Assembly (NCBI GenBank): GCA_040758255.1
Contig: JBFLVX010000002.1
Coordinates: forward strand, 1 to 52,960
Direction of reading: 5' to 3'
DNA length: 52,960 bases
Origin: Nitrospirota bacterium
GTDB lineage: Bacteria; Nitrospirota; Thermodesulfovibrionia; UBA6902
The position numbers and the translations under genes were made by a program. Under the pieces are notes generated by a model that was not told the DNA's origin, searched no databases, and was given only the letters and a program-made list of their open reading frames with translations. Each line of letters opens with the position of its first letter. The first letter of the stretch is position 1. Below are positions 1 to 7,822 of this stretch, piece by piece.

Positions 1-1362
1 GGAAAATTCCTTGATGCCGTATTTATGCATTTTGCGGTAGAGGGTGGCCAGGTCAATGCCGAGAGCTTTTACTGCAAGTTCTTTGTTGCCGTGGTTCCTT
101 CTAAGTGCATTTATTATTATTTCTTTTTCATATTCAAAAACCATTGACTTGAGCGGGTGAAGCGCGGTGTCGCCGGTATTACCGGCTTCTTCCGTATTTC
201 TCACCTTTGAAGGCAGCTCATGGATTGTAATGTTATCCCCAACGGAAAGAATAACCGCTCTCTCAATAACATTTCTGAGTTCTCTCACATTTCCGGGCCA
301 TTTATAAGACAGCAAAGCTTTCAGAGCCGCCTCGTCTAATACCTTGGCTTTTTTACCTGATGTTACGGCAAATTCATCTAAAAAATGATTCACAAGAATG
401 GGGATATCATCAACCCTCTGCCTTAAAGGCGGAACTTTTATTTCTATAACATTCAATCTGTAGTAAAGATCCTCCCTGAAGCTCTTTTCTTTTATGCAGT
501 TCTCTATATCCTTATTCGTTGCAGAAATTATTCGCACGTCCACAACCTTCTTCTTTGTGTCTCCAAGCGGCGTCAACTCGCCTGATTCAAGAACCTTCAG
601 GAGCTTTGACTGCACCATAAGCGGCATATCTCCTATCTCATCAAGGAAAAGCGTGCCTCCGTCTGCCATCACTATCAAGCCGCTTTTGTCCGTCGATGCT
701 CCGGTAAATGCGCCTTTCTTGTAGCCAAAAAGCTCTGACTCAAGCAGGCCTTCCGGTATTGCGGCGCAGTTCAGTGCCATAAAAGACATGTCTCTCCTCG
801 GGCTGCTGCAGTGGATGGTTTCCGCAACAAGTCCTTTGCCTGTTCCGCTTTCTCCGGTAATTAGTACATTCGCAGTCGTAGGGGCAACTTTCTCGATCGT
901 CTCAAATATCCTGGAAATGGACTCTGACAGTCCTATAATCTCCTTGCAGCCGAATTGCTGGCTCAACTGCCGTCTCAGCTTCATATTTTCAAATGAGAGC
1001 TTGCTGTGTTCAAGTATCCGGCTTATCGTCAGCTTTATCTCATCGTGCATAAAGGGTTTGACAATATAATCAGCGGCTCCCAGTTTCATGGCCTCGACTG
1101 CCGATTCCACAGAACCAAAAGCAGTTATCATTATCACCGGAGTTGAAGGACTTATCTTTTTTGACTGTTCTAAAACGCCAAAGCCGTCAAGCCCGTCCAT
1201 TCTTAAGTCCGTTATTACAAGGTCTATCTCCCCTTCTTTTAATTTTTCGACCGCTTCTATGCCGTTAGAAGCCTTTTCAACAGAGTACCCCTCCCCCAGG
1301 AGAACAAATTCAAGCGCTCTTCTGATGTCTTTTTCATCATCAACAACAAGAATTTTATTCAT
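1..1362 (-). CDS. sigma-54-dependent response regulator (NtrC family); the 3' end runs off the window
   Basis: Absent from the ORF track because it is open at the window edge. My reverse-strand translation starts MNKILVVDDEKDIRRALEF (receiver domain) at 1362. It contains Walker A GESGTGKG and the GAFTGA loop (about 690-860) and a Fis-type HTH ...LATLYRKMHKYGIKEFS at 1-60. The frame is exact (454 codons). The start overlaps the kinase stop by 8 nt (ATGAATAA). Confidence 0.9.
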   Translation of the reverse strand, partial: MNKILVVDDEKDIRRALEFVLLGEGYSVEKASNGIEAVEKLKEGEIDLVITDLRMDGLDGFGVLEQSKKISPSTPVIMITAFGSVESAVEAMKLGAADYIVKPFMHDEIKLTISRILEHSKLSFENMKLRRQLSQQFGCKEIIGLSESISRIFETIEKVAPTTANVLITGESGTGKGLVAETIHCSSPRRDMSFMALNCAAIPEGLLESELFGYKKGAFTGASTDKSGLIVMADGGTLFLDEIGDMPLMVQSKLLKVLESGELTPLGDTKKKVVDVRIISATNKDIENCIKEKSFREDLYYRLNVIEIKVPPLRQRVDDIPILVNHFLDEFAVTSGKKAKVLDEAALKALLSYKWPGNVRELRNVIERAVILSVGDNITIHELPSKVRNTEEAGNTGDTALHPLKSMVFEYEKEIIINALRRNHGNKELAVKALGIDLATLYRKMHKYGIKEFS

Positions 1363-3346
1363 TTTTAATTCCTCTTGCAGGCAGTACAACAGAAAAGATA
1401 CTGCCCTTCCCTTCATAACTTTCTGCCTTTAATTCTCCTCCAAACTTCTTTATAATTTCATAACTTATGGAAAGGCCAAGCCCAGTCCCTTTCTCTTTCG
1501 TCGTGAAAAAAGGGTCAAATATCTTATTGAGAGATTCTGCAGGTATCCCGGTACCAGAATCTATATACTGAATAATGACAGAATTATTATCCCTCATACT
1601 ATTAATTGTTATAGTGCCTGTCCCTCCATCTATGGCATCAGCGGCATTCAACATCAAATTAATAAAAACCTGTACAAGATAGTTCTCATCTACATAAACA
1701 GGTGGGATATCAGAATTCAGATTCCTGATTATCTTGATTTTTTTGAGCTTATTGTCATACTTAACAATATCCAGGGTAGATTCGATAAGATGGTTTATAT
1801 CGCACGGTCGGAAATCCATTTCAGGGAGTTTTGAGAGTTGGGACATCTGGCTAACGATACCGGAAATCCGCATAATATGATGATATATGGTATCAAGGCT
1901 CTCTTTTGTGAAATCATCAGTTGCCCTCTCTTTCAGTATCTGGGCAAAGGAGGAAATAGACGTCAGGGGATTGCCTATTTCATGCGCGATACCGGCAGCA
2001 AGTCTTCCCAGGGCGGCAAGCTTTTCCGAATGCATAATGCCTGCTTCCAGCTTCTTGATCTCCGTAACATCCTGGATCAGTTTAAGCACACCAATGATGT
2101 TATTGTCCTTATCCCTAACAGGAGCAGATGTAACATGAAACGTGCGTCCCTTCTTCCCGAAAAGACCCATAAAAGTGTCATTGCAAATATCTTCCGAAAT
2201 ATCTTTTTTTGTCACGGAAGGAAATACAATCTGACAATCATCCCCTTCCACATTCCCAGCCCATTCCCTGAGGGTCTTGTTTATCCAGAGTATCTTGTGA
2301 CCTTTGTCCAGCAACATGAGTCCCGAGCCGATGGCGCTTACTATGGTATCAAGCTTCTGTTTTTCGAGTAAGACATCTTCCCTTGCTTCTTTTTCAGTCT
2401 TCATCTGTTTTCTGTTTATGAGTATGACTACCGAGGCGCCTAAAAAAACCGTAGTAAAAATCGCGACTGTAAGCCATGAATAAAGCTTCATGCTTCTGCC
2501 AGTTATTGATATAACTTCACTATATGGGGATGAGACGCATACTATCCATGAATTGCTGCCTATATGCACTCTTGAGAAGGCAAGTATCTTATCCTCGCCG
2601 GCAGGCGTAATGTACCTTCCAAAGTCAATTGAGCCTTCAATAACCTTTTTTTCAAGCTCAAAAGAACGATGGCATTTGAAACACTTCTTGTCAGCGCTGT
2701 ACAGGTTATTTCCAATCATCTCAGGCTGAGCAGGGTGGTAAATCAATGTCCCTGCGCTGTCAATCATCCATGCATACCCCCTCTCCCCTGATGTAATGGG
2801 GGTAAGAAATTTTTTATTAATATCATCAATATTAATACTAAGAAAAACTGTGCCTAACAGTCGGCCTTCCTTCTTTATCGGCGTTATCATCTTTAGCCTC
2901 TTATCTTCCTTTGTTAGACTCTCAAGGAAGTAAACCTCTCCCGGCTTCAGCTCTCCGGCAGCATTTAAAAGCCTTATATCATCCTCAGACAATAGGCTGC
3001 CCTTTTTTGGAGAAAAGATCGGAGCCCCGTCTTTATCCAAGACTGTCAGGGACAGATCCATCTCCATATCAGCCTCTTCAAAGGCGGAGGCAATAAATTT
3101 CTCAAGCTCTTTATTTTTATGAACGCCCCTGATCGCCAATAATTTCGCAAGGGATGTTATCTCCTCCTCAAGATGTTCAATGGCATTATAAATGGAATCG
3201 GCGATGGTCTTTGCGATAAGAAGCTGCTGTTTGTTATATTGTTCGGCCAGTTCATCTCGGAGACTTTCATGAAAAATTACGTTCAATGTGATTAGCAGAG
3301 AAACAAGAAATACAAATATAGCCAATATTACTATCTTGCTTTTCAT
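1355..3346 (-). CDS. sensor histidine kinase: TM, periplasmic Cache-like domain with a CxxCH motif, TM, PAS, HisKA, HATPase
   Basis: 663 aa ORF. Hydrophobic segments lie at residues 5-25 and about 288-310. CFKCH is at residues 222-226, between them. H-box AAGIAHEIGNPL. ATPase motifs NLMLNAADAI, DSGTGIP and GTGLGLSISY. Confidence 0.85.
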   Translation of the reverse strand: MKSKIVILAIFVFLVSLLITLNVIFHESLRDELAEQYNKQQLLIAKTIADSIYNAIEHLEEEITSLAKLLAIRGVHKNKELEKFIASAFEEADMEMDLSLTVLDKDGAPIFSPKKGSLLSEDDIRLLNAAGELKPGEVYFLESLTKEDKRLKMITPIKKEGRLLGTVFLSINIDDINKKFLTPITSGERGYAWMIDSAGTLIYHPAQPEMIGNNLYSADKKCFKCHRSFELEKKVIEGSIDFGRYITPAGEDKILAFSRVHIGSNSWIVCVSSPYSEVISITGRSMKLYSWLTVAIFTTVFLGASVVILINRKQMKTEKEAREDVLLEKQKLDTIVSAIGSGLMLLDKGHKILWINKTLREWAGNVEGDDCQIVFPSVTKKDISEDICNDTFMGLFGKKGRTFHVTSAPVRDKDNNIIGVLKLIQDVTEIKKLEAGIMHSEKLAALGRLAAGIAHEIGNPLTSISSFAQILKERATDDFTKESLDTIYHHIMRISGIVSQMSQLSKLPEMDFRPCDINHLIESTLDIVKYDNKLKKIKIIRNLNSDIPPVYVDENYLVQVFINLMLNAADAIDGGTGTITINSMRDNNSVIIQYIDSGTGIPAESLNKIFDPFFTTKEKGTGLGLSISYEIIKKFGGELKAESYEGKGSIFSVVLPARGIKNE

Positions 3347-3402
3347 ACATATGAAAATATACTAATTTTATACAGGTGTCAATTTTATGAAAAATTTAGA
3401 TG

Positions 3403-4176
3403 TTATGTCGCCTTATGGCACTTCCCGCAATCCGTAACAGACGAAGCCGTATTCCCGTCATGGCATGCCCCGCAGAATTTACCTTTGTTCATATCATCCA
3501 TAGTCATCTTGCCCGCTGTCTTCCTCATGCCAAACAGTCCGGGATGACAATTATCGCAGGAGAACGCAGCAGAATGGAAGACATGACTGAACGCTGCATT
3601 TCCAATGCCGTCAACCTTGAATGTAAGCTCTTTATTAAAACTTTCCATCTTATGACATCTCCTGCATTCTGATGAAGGAAAGCTCTCCTTCCCATCATGA
3701 CAGGCTCCGCAATATACGCCGCTGTTGATATCTTTCATTGTCACGCGGGCAGCGCCTTTTTTCATTAAAAATATAGATGGATGGCATTTCTTGCAGTTAT
3801 ATTTTGCTGAATGCACATTATGGTTGAACATGGAAGGCAGCGCTGTCCTGTCAAAAGTTATGACCTTTATTGTATGACAGTTGTTGCAGACATCTTTATT
3901 AACGGTTAAATGCTTATGTCCCCTGACATCATGACACTGGTTGCAGTGATAGCCCTTATCCATGTGTAATTGATGAGAAAAAATACCCTGCTTGGGCACG
4001 GCTGAAAACTTCTGATACGAATGACATTTAAAGCACGGAAGCCCCCCTGCTGCCTCATCCGCTGAAATTACATTTACAGGAGTTTCTTCAGCCTTTTTTT
4101 TATCCATCTGCTCAATAGCAGGGGAACAGCCGAGTATAAATAAAACAATGATGCCAGCTAATGATGAGAGTCTCAT
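3403..4176 (-). CDS. nonaheme c-type cytochrome, lipoprotein (class III / c7-like repeats)
   Basis: Nine CxxCH motifs (CFKCH, CNQCH, CNNCH, CKKCH, CGACH, CRRCH, CDNCH, CGACH, CGKCH). Lipobox LFILGC. The start overlaps the upstream stop by 4 nt (ATGA). Confidence 0.85.
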   Translation of the reverse strand: MRLSSLAGIIVLFILGCSPAIEQMDKKKAEETPVNVISADEAAGGLPCFKCHSYQKFSAVPKQGIFSHQLHMDKGYHCNQCHDVRGHKHLTVNKDVCNNCHTIKVITFDRTALPSMFNHNVHSAKYNCKKCHPSIFLMKKGAARVTMKDINSGVYCGACHDGKESFPSSECRRCHKMESFNKELTFKVDGIGNAAFSHVFHSAAFSCDNCHPGLFGMRKTAGKMTMDDMNKGKFCGACHDGNTASSVTDCGKCHKAT

Positions 4177-4895
4177 TTATCAGCCTCTTTTTTATCGCCA
4201 AACTCAATTTCATATTCAAGGGGATGTTCATGCTTCATTTCTTCCAGTGTAATTCTGCCTGTAATCCATACCATGTTCATCGGGAACTTGTCCCATTTCA
4301 GATGCTCATTGTAAAAATGAAAAAAGAGTATGAACACTATTGCGAGCAGCGCCTCGTCACTGTGCATGATGGAGATTAAATCCCATATCCAGTTCACGCT
4401 CCAGGCAGGGAAAAGGTACGACGCCTGTACAGGGAATGCGAGGAAAAGGCCCGACAGCCCAATGATTGTCATGCCCCAGAAGACCGCCCAGTAATCAAAT
4501 TTGTGAATATAGCTGAACCTGCCAAACTGCGGCTTCTTTTTGCTGACCCCTATAAAGTACATCATATTTTTAACAGCATCTGTCAGATCTTTGGGAAGTG
4601 GGATGAGTGACGTGTCTTTGTGAAATCTTATCTTGCCTGATAATATCTTCTTAGTCATATATATAACGTGCCAGGTGAAATCAAGCAGCATGGTAATCCC
4701 TGCGACACGATGTATAATTCCTGCTGTCCTTGCCCCTCCCCACATGCGTATCCACCATTGTGAATGTTCAACCTCTGCGTATTTTAAGGCCCAGCCGGTA
4801 AAAGCAAGGAGTAAAAATGTTGTAAAGAGGACAATATGCTGGATCCTCTCTGTAACATTGAAACGAAGATATTCCTTTGGAAGTTCCTTATTCAT
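4173..4895 (-). CDS. membrane b-type cytochrome subunit (FdnI/HydC-like, PF01292-type)
   Basis: Several TM helices carry conserved His (ERIQHIV, IHRVAG, WHVIY, IMHSDEAL, FHFYNEH). I prefer the start at internal MNKELPKEY (4895), which overlaps the upstream stop by 8 nt. The longer track ORF (to 5015) would overlap the upstream gene by 128 nt. Confidence 0.7.
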   Translation of the reverse strand: MNKELPKEYLRFNVTERIQHIVLFTTFLLLAFTGWALKYAEVEHSQWWIRMWGGARTAGIIHRVAGITMLLDFTWHVIYMTKKILSGKIRFHKDTSLIPLPKDLTDAVKNMMYFIGVSKKKPQFGRFSYIHKFDYWAVFWGMTIIGLSGLFLAFPVQASYLFPAWSVNWIWDLISIMHSDEALLAIVFILFFHFYNEHLKWDKFPMNMVWITGRITLEEMKHEHPLEYEIEFGDKKEADK

Positions 4896-5823
4896 GGTGT
4901 TCCTCCTTCTCTTTTCTGAAGAACCTGTCCCTGATCTCTGAATATGTTTCCAGGACAACATGCCCAACAATGAACGCGAATGTACCGAGCAGGAGCAAGA
5001 TGAGGCCTTTTTCAAAATAGTATGGTACAGGATTATCCTTGCCGATAGGCTTATGGGTTATTGCCGTAACAAATTTCTTTGTAGCGCCTTTATGGCATTT
5101 CCCGCAGGTTTCCATTCTGTTGTCCCATGCGACAGGGGATTTCGGGTCATCCCATTTTCTTATATCATGATAGCCGTGGCACTTAATACAGGTGGGCGCT
5201 TTTTCGTGGCCAAGAACATATTTTTTCCCATGAAAGCTCTCATAATAACTTTCAAGAATATGTGTCCCGAACCCGTATTTTTCTGCAAGTTCTTCCTTTT
5301 CGTGACATTCCCCGCATACCTTCACCACATTCCTGTTATTAACCGGCGATGCGTCATTAGTTTTCGGCGTGATGTAATGTGGCGAACCGTGACAATCAGC
5401 GCATACGGCTCCGTCAGTCTGTCTTTTATCAATAATATTTATCCCGTGTATGCTTTCCTTCCATGAGTTATAAATTTCCCCATGGCACTCTACGCATGCG
5501 GCTACAGCCACAGGGTCCGCCTTCGAATTATGGGATATACTGCTTGCTAAAGCGTATATGTCTGCAGGTGTGTCCGAATTATTTTGTGGCTGGTGTGGAT
5601 TTGCGCTGAATTGTTTATGACAGGAAATACAGTCAATACCTCCATGGACCGATTGGGCATACTTTTCACTATCCACATTAACATCTATCAAACCTTTTTC
5701 TGTTTTGATCTTCCCTTTCATGGTGCTATGACAAGCAAGACATGAAAAAGTATCAGCGCCCGCTGCATCGGCAAAATACAGCAGGATTAACCATAAAAAA
5801 GCCGTAAAATAGACCCTTCTCAC
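4888..5823 (-). CDS. heptaheme c-type cytochrome with signal peptide and C-terminal TM anchor
   Basis: Seven CxxCH motifs (CLACH, CISCH, CVECH, CADCH, CGECH, CIKCH, CGKCH). N-terminal signal sequence. C-terminal hydrophobic segment GLILLLLGTFAFIVGHVVL. GTG start preceded by GGGGG. Confidence 0.85.
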   Translation of the reverse strand: MRRVYFTAFLWLILLYFADAAGADTFSCLACHSTMKGKIKTEKGLIDVNVDSEKYAQSVHGGIDCISCHKQFSANPHQPQNNSDTPADIYALASSISHNSKADPVAVAACVECHGEIYNSWKESIHGINIIDKRQTDGAVCADCHGSPHYITPKTNDASPVNNRNVVKVCGECHEKEELAEKYGFGTHILESYYESFHGKKYVLGHEKAPTCIKCHGYHDIRKWDDPKSPVAWDNRMETCGKCHKGATKKFVTAITHKPIGKDNPVPYYFEKGLILLLLGTFAFIVGHVVLETYSEIRDRFFRKEKEEHHE

Positions 5824-5876
5824 TAGGACCCCCTTTATTTAAGAATTTTAATACTATCAAAGGATACCACGAAAAA

Positions 5877-5892
5877 AGCATTAACCATGCCA
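5877..5892 (-). promoter_or_regulatory. sigma-54 (-24/-12) promoter of the cytochrome operon
   Basis: The minus-strand sequence reads TGGCATGGTTAATGCT, against the consensus TGGCACG-N4-TTGCW. GG and GC have the correct spacing. The element lies 55 nt upstream of the GTG start. Confidence 0.6.
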
Positions 5893-5924
5893 AGATCAAA
5901 GTAATTGATATTTATACAAAATTG

Positions 5925-5980
5925 CAATAACATATTTGCAAGATTGCGAATTTATTTGCAAGATTGCGAATATGTTATTG
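5925..5980. promoter_or_regulatory. composite enhancer (UAS): two TTTGCAAGATTGCGAA sites 20 bp apart, flanked by a perfect 10-bp inverted repeat
   Basis: Sites at 5935-5950 and 5955-5970, each a TTTGCA-N4-TGCGAA dyad. CAATAACATA at 5925-5934 is the reverse complement of 5971-5980. The element lies 42 bp upstream of the -24 element. Confidence 0.5.
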
Positions 5981-6094
5981 ATTAAACCTTTCAAATCAGC
6001 CCAATTCTTGTGTTAAATCTGTAATTAAAGAAAAAAAGAGGCTTTTATAAGTTTCGCATCTGAGCAAATCATGAACAATCTCGATGGGTCAAAC

Positions 6095-6325
6095 TTAACA
6101 TAGGAATAGAGGCCATCCGCCTTCTCCAGGCAGGAGTACGTCGAGGTCTCCTGACAATGTCCCCATACTCTCTCTGTCGGCAGTATTAAATTCATACTCA
6201 CCCGGAAGCATCACCCCGAGGGTTTTCTTTGAACCATCACTTAAAAGAACCGTCCTGCTGGTAACCCTGCCGTCGAAATAGATATTTGCGTTCTTTACAA
6301 CCGTCACATTCTTGAGCTCTGACAT
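6095..6325 (-). CDS. ppnP: DUF1255/PpnP-like nucleoside phosphorylase, apparently C-terminally short
   Basis: [46 protein letters not shown] matches the PpnP cupin pattern as I remember it. The protein is only 76 aa, against roughly 94 for the family. Confidence 0.55.
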   Translation of the reverse strand: MSELKNVTVVKNANIYFDGRVTSRTVLLSDGSKKTLGVMLPGEYEFNTADRESMGTLSGDLDVLLPGEGGWPLFLC

Positions 6326-6434
6326 TGAAATACCTCGCATTCTTATTGGATACGATAAATGTACCAAAGACTATGCCTGTTATGCAAGAAACGATAGAGC
6401 CTTCAAGCGGGGAAGCGGAAAGGCGCGGAGGATT

Positions 6435-6460
6435 GAGGGGGGGATAGCCCCCCCTCTTTT
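6435..6460. terminator. GC-rich hairpin just downstream of the small-membrane-protein triad
   Basis: GAGGGGGGG-ATAG-CCCCCCCTC forms a 9-bp stem. The T-run is on the plus side only, so function as a minus-strand terminator is uncertain. Confidence 0.35.
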
Positions 6461-6461
6461 A

Positions 6462-6797
6462 TTATTTTGATTCAACAGTGGCTTTGGCGGGTTTCCAACT
6501 CTCTTTGGGAGCATTCACTGCATCTACGATATAACCGATACCCGTTCCGAGGATAGCGCCGCTAACGATGCTCACTGATGCTACGCATGTAATACCCAAA
6601 AGTATCCCAATTGCCATTACAACCCTCACGATCAATGTCGGTTCTACCGGTCCTCCCATCAGATGACTGATTACTATCAGGGACCCGTAGCTTCCGAAGA
6701 AAAACCCGGGAATTATCCCAAAGACTAAAAACCCTATAACCCCAATTCCCGCGCCTATCTTGGTGCCCATCCTTACCATATTATCCCTTGTTTTCAT
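6462..6797 (-). CDS. glycine-rich small membrane protein, paralog 3 of 3
   Basis: 111 aa. Starts MKTRDN, has G/A/I/L-rich hydrophobic segments and a charged C-terminal tail. Alignable by eye with the two upstream ORFs. Confidence 0.7.
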   Translation of the reverse strand: MKTRDNMVRMGTKIGAGIGVIGFLVFGIIPGFFFGSYGSLIVISHLMGGPVEPTLIVRVVMAIGILLGITCVASVSIVSGAILGTGIGYIVDAVNAPKESWKPAKATVESK

Positions 6798-6844
6798 TTT
6801 GAACTCCTTTAGTTAATTTATCGGTTATTAGATAGTTATATCCC

Positions 6845-7168
6845 TTAAGCCTTCTTTGCTGCCTCTTGCTCTGTTGCAACCTCAACCTTTACTGAATCAA
6901 TTAAGTAACCGATACTCCATCCAATGAGTCCGGGGCCCATGATGCAGGCCGCTGCAGATGCCATTATTCCCATTAACATGGATACTGCAAGCAGTATTCT
7001 TGAAAGAATTGCTCCTCCAAGCGGCGCGCCTGTGACAGCCGTAATTACCTTCAAACCTATAACTCCACCAATCAGGGAACCCGGAAGCAGCCCGGCGAGA
7101 ACGAACAGTACAAGCCCTGCCCCTGTTCCGACATATAATCCTTTCTTTGCCATATCTCTTGTTTTCAT
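6845..7168 (-). CDS. glycine-rich small membrane protein, paralog 2 of 3
   Basis: 107 aa. Starts MKTRDMAKKG. The shared core GLLPGSLIGGVIG is alignable with paralog 1 (GLLYGSLIGGMIG). Confidence 0.7.
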   Translation of the reverse strand: MKTRDMAKKGLYVGTGAGLVLFVLAGLLPGSLIGGVIGLKVITAVTGAPLGGAILSRILLAVSMLMGIMASAAACIMGPGLIGWSIGYLIDSVKVEVATEQEAAKKA

Positions 7169-7201
7169 TTTAATTCCTCCTTTCTTTTAATAAAATTTTA
7201 C

Positions 7202-7525
7202 CTAATGTTTAATGGCCTCGTTTGACAAAGCCTTTTTCTTGCCCCATGTCTCAGGATCAACGGCAAGTCCGAACAGATATCCCACTGCGGCAGAGCCTGC
7301 GACAAATACAACAGCAGACAGAAGAACCCCTGTAAGCATTCCTACCGCCACTATTACTCTCTGCAAGATACCGGGCTCAACCGGCGAACCAAATATAGCG
7401 CCCGATATATTAATTCCTATCATACCGCCTATTAATGATCCGTACAGCAGACCAAACAGAGCAAACAGGGCAAGCCCTATTCCAGCTCCTATGTAAGTTA
7501 GATTTTTTGTTACCGTGCTTTTCAT
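7202..7525 (-). CDS. glycine-rich small membrane protein, paralog 1 of 3
   Basis: 107 aa. Strong RBS (AGGAGG) upstream. First gene downstream of the sigma-54 promoter. Confidence 0.7.
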   Translation of the reverse strand: MKSTVTKNLTYIGAGIGLALFALFGLLYGSLIGGMIGINISGAIFGSPVEPGILQRVIVAVGMLTGVLLSAVVFVAGSAAVGYLFGLAVDPETWGKKKALSNEAIKH

Positions 7526-7569
7526 TTTATTTTCCTCCTTTTCTCTTTTTTGTTTTATAACTTTATAGA

Positions 7570-7585
7570 TGCACTAACCGTGCCA
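7570..7585 (-). promoter_or_regulatory. sigma-54 (-24/-12) promoter of the small-membrane-protein triad
   Basis: The minus-strand sequence reads TGGCACGGTTAGTGCA. It is 14/16 identical to the cytochrome-operon promoter. The GC element lies 46 nt from the start codon. Confidence 0.65.
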
Positions 7586-7628
7586 AGCTTTAATTTATTG
7601 AATTTAAAGAGAAAATGGTAGGTTAAAC

Positions 7629-7663
7629 TTTGCATACCTGCAAATACTTTGCATGTATGCAAA
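7629..7663. promoter_or_regulatory. enhancer (UAS): two perfect TTTGCA-N4-TGCAAA dyads 19 bp apart
   Basis: TTTGCATACCTGCAAA at 7629-7644 and TTTGCATGTATGCAAA at 7648-7663. The element lies 43 bp upstream of the -24 element, matching the architecture at 5925-5980. Confidence 0.5.
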
Positions 7664-7822
7664 CCTGAGATGATGTGGCGTAGGTTAAATTAGAGCATAA
7701 ACAGAGAGGTCCTGATTAAGTTGTTTTATATATTAAGCGTGACCGTATTTTGTTATATAATGAGGAGGGTAGAAGAATTTTTTCATATATATTATTATGA
7801 CGTATAATTTGGAGGGTTAATA

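Noticed and set aside
494-1432. Plus-strand ORFs 494-724, 788-1069 and 1088-1432
   Set aside because: They are antisense shadows of the sigma-54 response regulator. The minus strand here carries unmistakable Walker A and GAFTGA motifs, and the plus-strand products are low-complexity Ser/Pro/Phe-rich.
1838-3096. Plus-strand ORFs inside the histidine kinase gene (1838-2371, 1887-2138, 2490-2729, 2911-3096)
   Set aside because: They are antisense to a well-supported 663-aa kinase and have no motifs.
3411-3426. TGGCAC hexamer that could suggest another sigma-54 promoter
   Set aside because: The GC element is at the wrong spacing (8 rather than 10 nt after GG). The site is also inside a coding region on the antisense strand.
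4896-5015. N-terminal 40-aa extension of the cytochrome b ORF
   Set aside because: It would overlap the heptaheme gene by 128 nt and is Ser/Arg-rich. The internal start at 4895 gives the same 8-nt overlap pattern seen at the kinase/regulator junction.
6462-7525. Assigning the three glycine-rich proteins to magnetosome (MamC/Mms-like) or YeaQ/GlsB families
   Set aside because: The resemblance is compositional only, with no specific motif match that I can defend without an HMM search.
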